Made by a program: the position numbers and the translations under genes. From an uncultured Methanosarcinales archaeon (GTDB taxonomy: Archaea; Nanobdellota; Nanobdellia; Woesearchaeales; GW2011-AR9), in contig CAZGQD010000002.1 in assembly GCA_964527395.1 (NCBI GenBank), positions 24,245 through 88,244 on the forward strand: a stretch of DNA of 64,000 nucleotides, given 5' to 3'. Positions 63,170 to 64,000 of this stretch are shown piece after piece. How positions within the stretch are numbered: position 1 is the first letter of the stretch; every line of letters begins with the position of its first letter. Under the pieces are notes generated by a model that made no database searches, was not told where the DNA came from, and saw nothing but the letters and a program-made list of their open reading frames with translations.

Positions 63170-64000
63170 ATGCCAACGGTAACATTCAGTAAAAAGGAAC
63201 TTGAAAAATTAATGGGTAAAAAGCTCCCATTAGCAGAGCTTAAAGATAGAATCAGTATGCTTGGAACAGATTTAGAAGAAATCCAAGGCGACGAAATCAA
63301 AGTAGAAATATTTCCAAACAGACCTGATCTTCTCTCAGAACAAGGCTTCGCAAGAGCCCTAGCAAGTTTCTTAGGAATCAAAGGTAAAACTGGTATCAAA
63401 AAATACAAAGTAACAACAAGCAAAAACAAACTAATTGTAAAAAACACTCCTCAAGAATGGCCTTTTGCTATAGCTTTCATTGCTAAAAACCTCAAATTAG
63501 ACTCAGAAAAAGTAAGAGATTTGATCCAACTCCAAGAAAAAATAGGAGTAACTATGCTTAGAAACCGTAAAAAAGGCGGTATTGGTTTATATCCTTTAGA
63601 AAAAATCACTTTTCCTGTTACTTTTGAAGGGAAAAACCCTAAAGATATAAAATTCCAACCTTTAGAACATAATAAAATACTCTCAGCGAATCAAATTCTT
63701 GAACAACATAAAAAAGGTAAAGAATACGGTCACCTAATGAAAGATTGGAAAAAATATACTATCTTCACAGACGCAAAAGCTACTATCATGTCTATGCCAC
63801 CAATCATCAATTCTCATATTGTTGGAAAGATAGACAAATCTACAAAAAATCTTTTCGTTGAATGTACTGGTAATGATATGACTACAATCACTAAAGCTAT
63901 CAACATTTTCGCTTCATCCTTAGCTGATATGGGTGCCAATATTGAATCTATCGAAGTTACTGGAAACAAAGGATTCAAAAATCAAGTTATCCCAGATCTG
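63170..64000 (+). CDS. pheT: phenylalanine--tRNA ligase beta subunit, N-terminal 277 codons (continues past window end)
   Basis: Hand translation MPTVTFSKKELEKLMGKKLPLAELKDRISMLGTDLEEIQGDEIKVEIFPNRPDLLSEQGFARAL...IMSMPPIINSH..., typical of the archaeal PheT B1/B3-4 region. The frame is open to the window end. Confidence 0.9.
   Translation, partial: MPTVTFSKKELEKLMGKKLPLAELKDRISMLGTDLEEIQGDEIKVEIFPNRPDLLSEQGFARALASFLGIKGKTGIKKYKVTTSKNKLIVKNTPQEWPFAIAFIAKNLKLDSEKVRDLIQLQEKIGVTMLRNRKKGGIGLYPLEKITFPVTFEGKNPKDIKFQPLEHNKILSANQILEQHKKGKEYGHLMKDWKKYTIFTDAKATIMSMPPIINSHIVGKIDKSTKNLFVECTGNDMTTITKAINIFASSLADMGANIESIEVTGNKGFKNQVIPDL

Overview
AT-rich, gene-dense archaeal chromosomal segment; I recognised no rRNA or tRNA gene. 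Archaeal identity rests on ribosomal protein S8e, an intein-containing RFC small subunit, Pelota, archaeal-type PheRS alpha/beta, TrmB and Lrp/AsnC regulators, and TATA boxes (TTTATAWA-like) 22-32 nt upstream of many start codons. A small-genome, DPANN-like episymbiont is an inference only. Housekeeping genes are CysRS, PheRS, RFC, Pelota, S8e, an NSUN-type m5C methyltransferase, a YrdC/TsaC-like protein and an M29 aminopeptidase. They are interleaved with accessory material: two type II toxin-antitoxin pairs, a frameshifted IS200/IS605 tnpA, two paralogous COG1373 AAA+ ATPases, a RhuM-family gene, a degraded PLP-decarboxylase pseudogene, a long RelA/SpoT homologue followed by two Nudix genes, and a phenylalanine-hydroxylase-like gene. 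Signals worth a second look: (1) nine copies of a structured imperfect-palindromic element with compensatory stem changes, mostly just 3' of stop codons, one inserted in frame inside a UbiA-family gene; (2) a perfect 98-bp inverted repeat pair bracketing a 10.3-kb cassette of lipoprotein, membrane and pilin-like genes; (3) an operon-like surface cluster with a 1948-aa Cys-rich secreted protein, pilin-like proteins and a secreted SLT + LAS-metallopeptidase-like cell-wall hydrolase; (4) a 7.7-unit 30-bp tandem array; (5) C>G on the + strand irrespective of gene orientation, so + and - strand genes encode visibly different amino-acid compositions. All functional calls come from motif recognition by eye; no database search was possible.
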